From: a virus
Taxonomy: Duplodnaviria > Caudoviricetes
DNA length: 64,000 bases
Virus record (IMG/VR): IMGVR_UViG_3300029288_000152
Span: 1 to 64,000 of that record
Strand: one strand, 5' to 3'
A program made the position numbers and the translations under genes. Positions 62,789 to 64,000 of this stretch are shown in pieces (within the stretch, counting starts at the first letter, position 1; each line of letters begins with the position of its first letter). The notes under the pieces were generated by a model, which saw only the letters and a program-made list of their open reading frames with translations, ran no database searches and was not told where the DNA came from.

Positions 62789-63268
62789 TTAGAGGAATGG
62801 GTTATCTCTCCAGTCGTGCGATGATTCGAGATAGGTAGAGACCTTCCTCAACCGTTCCAAGTCGTCTTGGAACCAACCTATGCCATAGTTACAACGGAAG
62901 CATAGCAAGCCTCGCACGCGGCCTGTCCTATGATCGTGATCTACCGACAAGCGGTTCTTCTTGGGAGGTCTGCCACAGACAGCACATCTCCCACCTTGAG
63001 CAGCAAAGATGGCATCATACTGCTCTGGGCTAAGACCATACTTGGCAAACGGCCCACCCTTCCAACGCAAGCTGTTTCGGCCCGTATTCTGTCCGCGTTT
63101 GAATTGTGTCGAAGCCGATGCACCACTATTGAGTCGCTGTAAGTGTTGCAGCTGTTTTGGGGTCTTTAATTGTAGCCGTTGATGTTTGCAGCTCCGCAGT
63201 GTTTGCATATGAGCCAGCACTGAAGTAGCGCCCGTCAGTTCACTCACAACAGGAGCAGTAGACACCAC
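62789..63268 (-). CDS. Second endonuclease VII-like HNH nuclease (start uncertain)
   Basis: QGGRCAVC...LSVDHDHRTGRVRGLLCFRCNYGIG. Confidence 0.85.
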   Translation of the reverse strand: MVSTAPVVSELTGATSVLAHMQTLRSCKHQRLQLKTPKQLQHLQRLNSGASASTQFKRGQNTGRNSLRWKGGPFAKYGLSPEQYDAIFAAQGGRCAVCGRPPKKNRLSVDHDHRTGRVRGLLCFRCNYGIGWFQDDLERLRKVSTYLESSHDWRDNPFL

Positions 63269-63531
63269 TAGCCTCCACTGGTAGTCTGCCCGCTACCTAC
63301 GGCACTCCCACAGTAAGTAATCCATGGAGTCCATGGATAGGTGGGATAGGTTGGATAGTAGGGTTGAGGATAGTAGGGATAGGGGTAATAGGGCAGCGGA
63401 TAGTAAGGATAGGGACGCCCACAATGGGGACAATAGCCACAATGGGGACAGATCCCAGTCATAGGCATCACACTGGTCGTACTTGTCTGACAGCTGCACA
63501 GATCCGACACCGTTTCGGTGTTATTCTGCAT
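63268..63531 (-). CDS. Small protein with tandem CPHCG motifs and a Tyr/Pro-rich tract
   Basis: CPHCGYCPHCGRPYPYYPLPYYPYPYYPQPYYP. Confidence 0.5.
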   Translation of the reverse strand: MQNNTETVSDLCSCQTSTTSVMPMTGICPHCGYCPHCGRPYPYYPLPYYPYPYYPQPYYPTYPTYPWTPWITYCGSAVGSGQTTSGG

Positions 63532-64000
63532 CCACTACCTCCCCCTCCAACTCCTTCGCCTTCCCTACAATGTTCCCCGCCGAGATAACCTTCTGCCGAT
63601 CCGGGCTGATGGTCTCAATCTTCAGCGCCAACACGGCCTGCGGCGCATTGGTTTCCATCTTGATGGCCTGATAGTTCTTGAAGATGCCCCCACCCTTGGC
63701 CGCTTCAATGGTCATCGTCTTGTCTTTCTTGTCGATGTAATACTCGATGTTGTCCACGACCTTGGGGACAATCTCCATGGCAAACCGCTCCATGGGGTCC
63801 GTGAACTTGAGCCAGCCATCCTTGGCCGCCCTGCAGATGTAGGTATTGAGCGTGTGGGGCGTGATGCCGAGGATCTCCGCAATCTCCGTGTTGCGCAAGC
63901 CCTGTGCCCGCAGCTGGACGAAGCGCAGCACCCGCATGCGTTGGGTGTGCGGCTGCTCGCACATCACGACATCAGCCTGAATGACCTCAGGCTTGGGGAC
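63521..64000 (-). CDS. HTH protein, probable terminase small subunit (frame open to the window edge)
   Basis: RAQGLRNTEIAEILGITPHTL HTH; upstream of TerL; no stop between 63967 and 64000. Confidence 0.55.
   Translation of the reverse strand, partial: VPKPEVIQADVVMCEQPHTQRMRVLRFVQLRAQGLRNTEIAEILGITPHTLNTYICRAAKDGWLKFTDPMERFAMEIVPKVVDNIEYYIDKKDKTMTIEAAKGGGIFKNYQAIKMETNAPQAVLALKIETISPDRQKVISAGNIVGKAKELEGEVVDAE

Larger units (their letters stand above)
1..64000. other. Near-complete tailed dsDNA phage genome segment with two convergent arms
   Basis: Terminase, portal, capsid, tail fibre and endolysin on the - strand; DNA polymerase, recombination and many small ORFs on the + strand; tight ATGA/TGATG gene overlaps; no recognisable host housekeeping genes. 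Confidence 0.95.

Noticed and set aside
1-64000. Integrase, repressor or att site indicating a prophage
   Set aside because: No recombinase or CI-like gene was recognised and no host genes flank the window, so lifestyle cannot be called.

Overview
The whole window looks like most of a dsDNA tailed-phage genome, probably podovirus-like (portal, scaffold, capsid, adaptor and tail genes, plus large low-complexity internal virion proteins). The host cannot be determined. The left arm (1 to about 32.6 kb, mainly + strand) carries accessory and replication genes: Fic, RtcB, a ubiquitin-like conjugation cassette (Ubl, E2-fold, JAB, ThiF/E1), an AAA ATPase, an intein-containing Cas4-like nuclease, a Sak4-like ATPase, a glycoside-hydrolase-like protein, an MT-A70 methylase and a UDG-PolA fusion. 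The right arm (about 32.4 to 64 kb, - strand) carries lysis, virion and packaging genes. The most striking signal is 16 small, otherwise diverse + strand ORFs (plus one weaker variant) that all end in the same C-terminal peptide, consensus D-P-D-L-x-L-D-[E/A/S]-G-[I/V]-stop. Seven of them start directly at the end of the E1 gene, and none lies in the structural arm. A roughly 570-nt intergenic stretch (about 18490-19060) is densely self-complementary and is a candidate large structured ncRNA. All family assignments come from motif recognition by eye; no database search or folding program was run. No tRNA, rRNA or CRISPR array was found.
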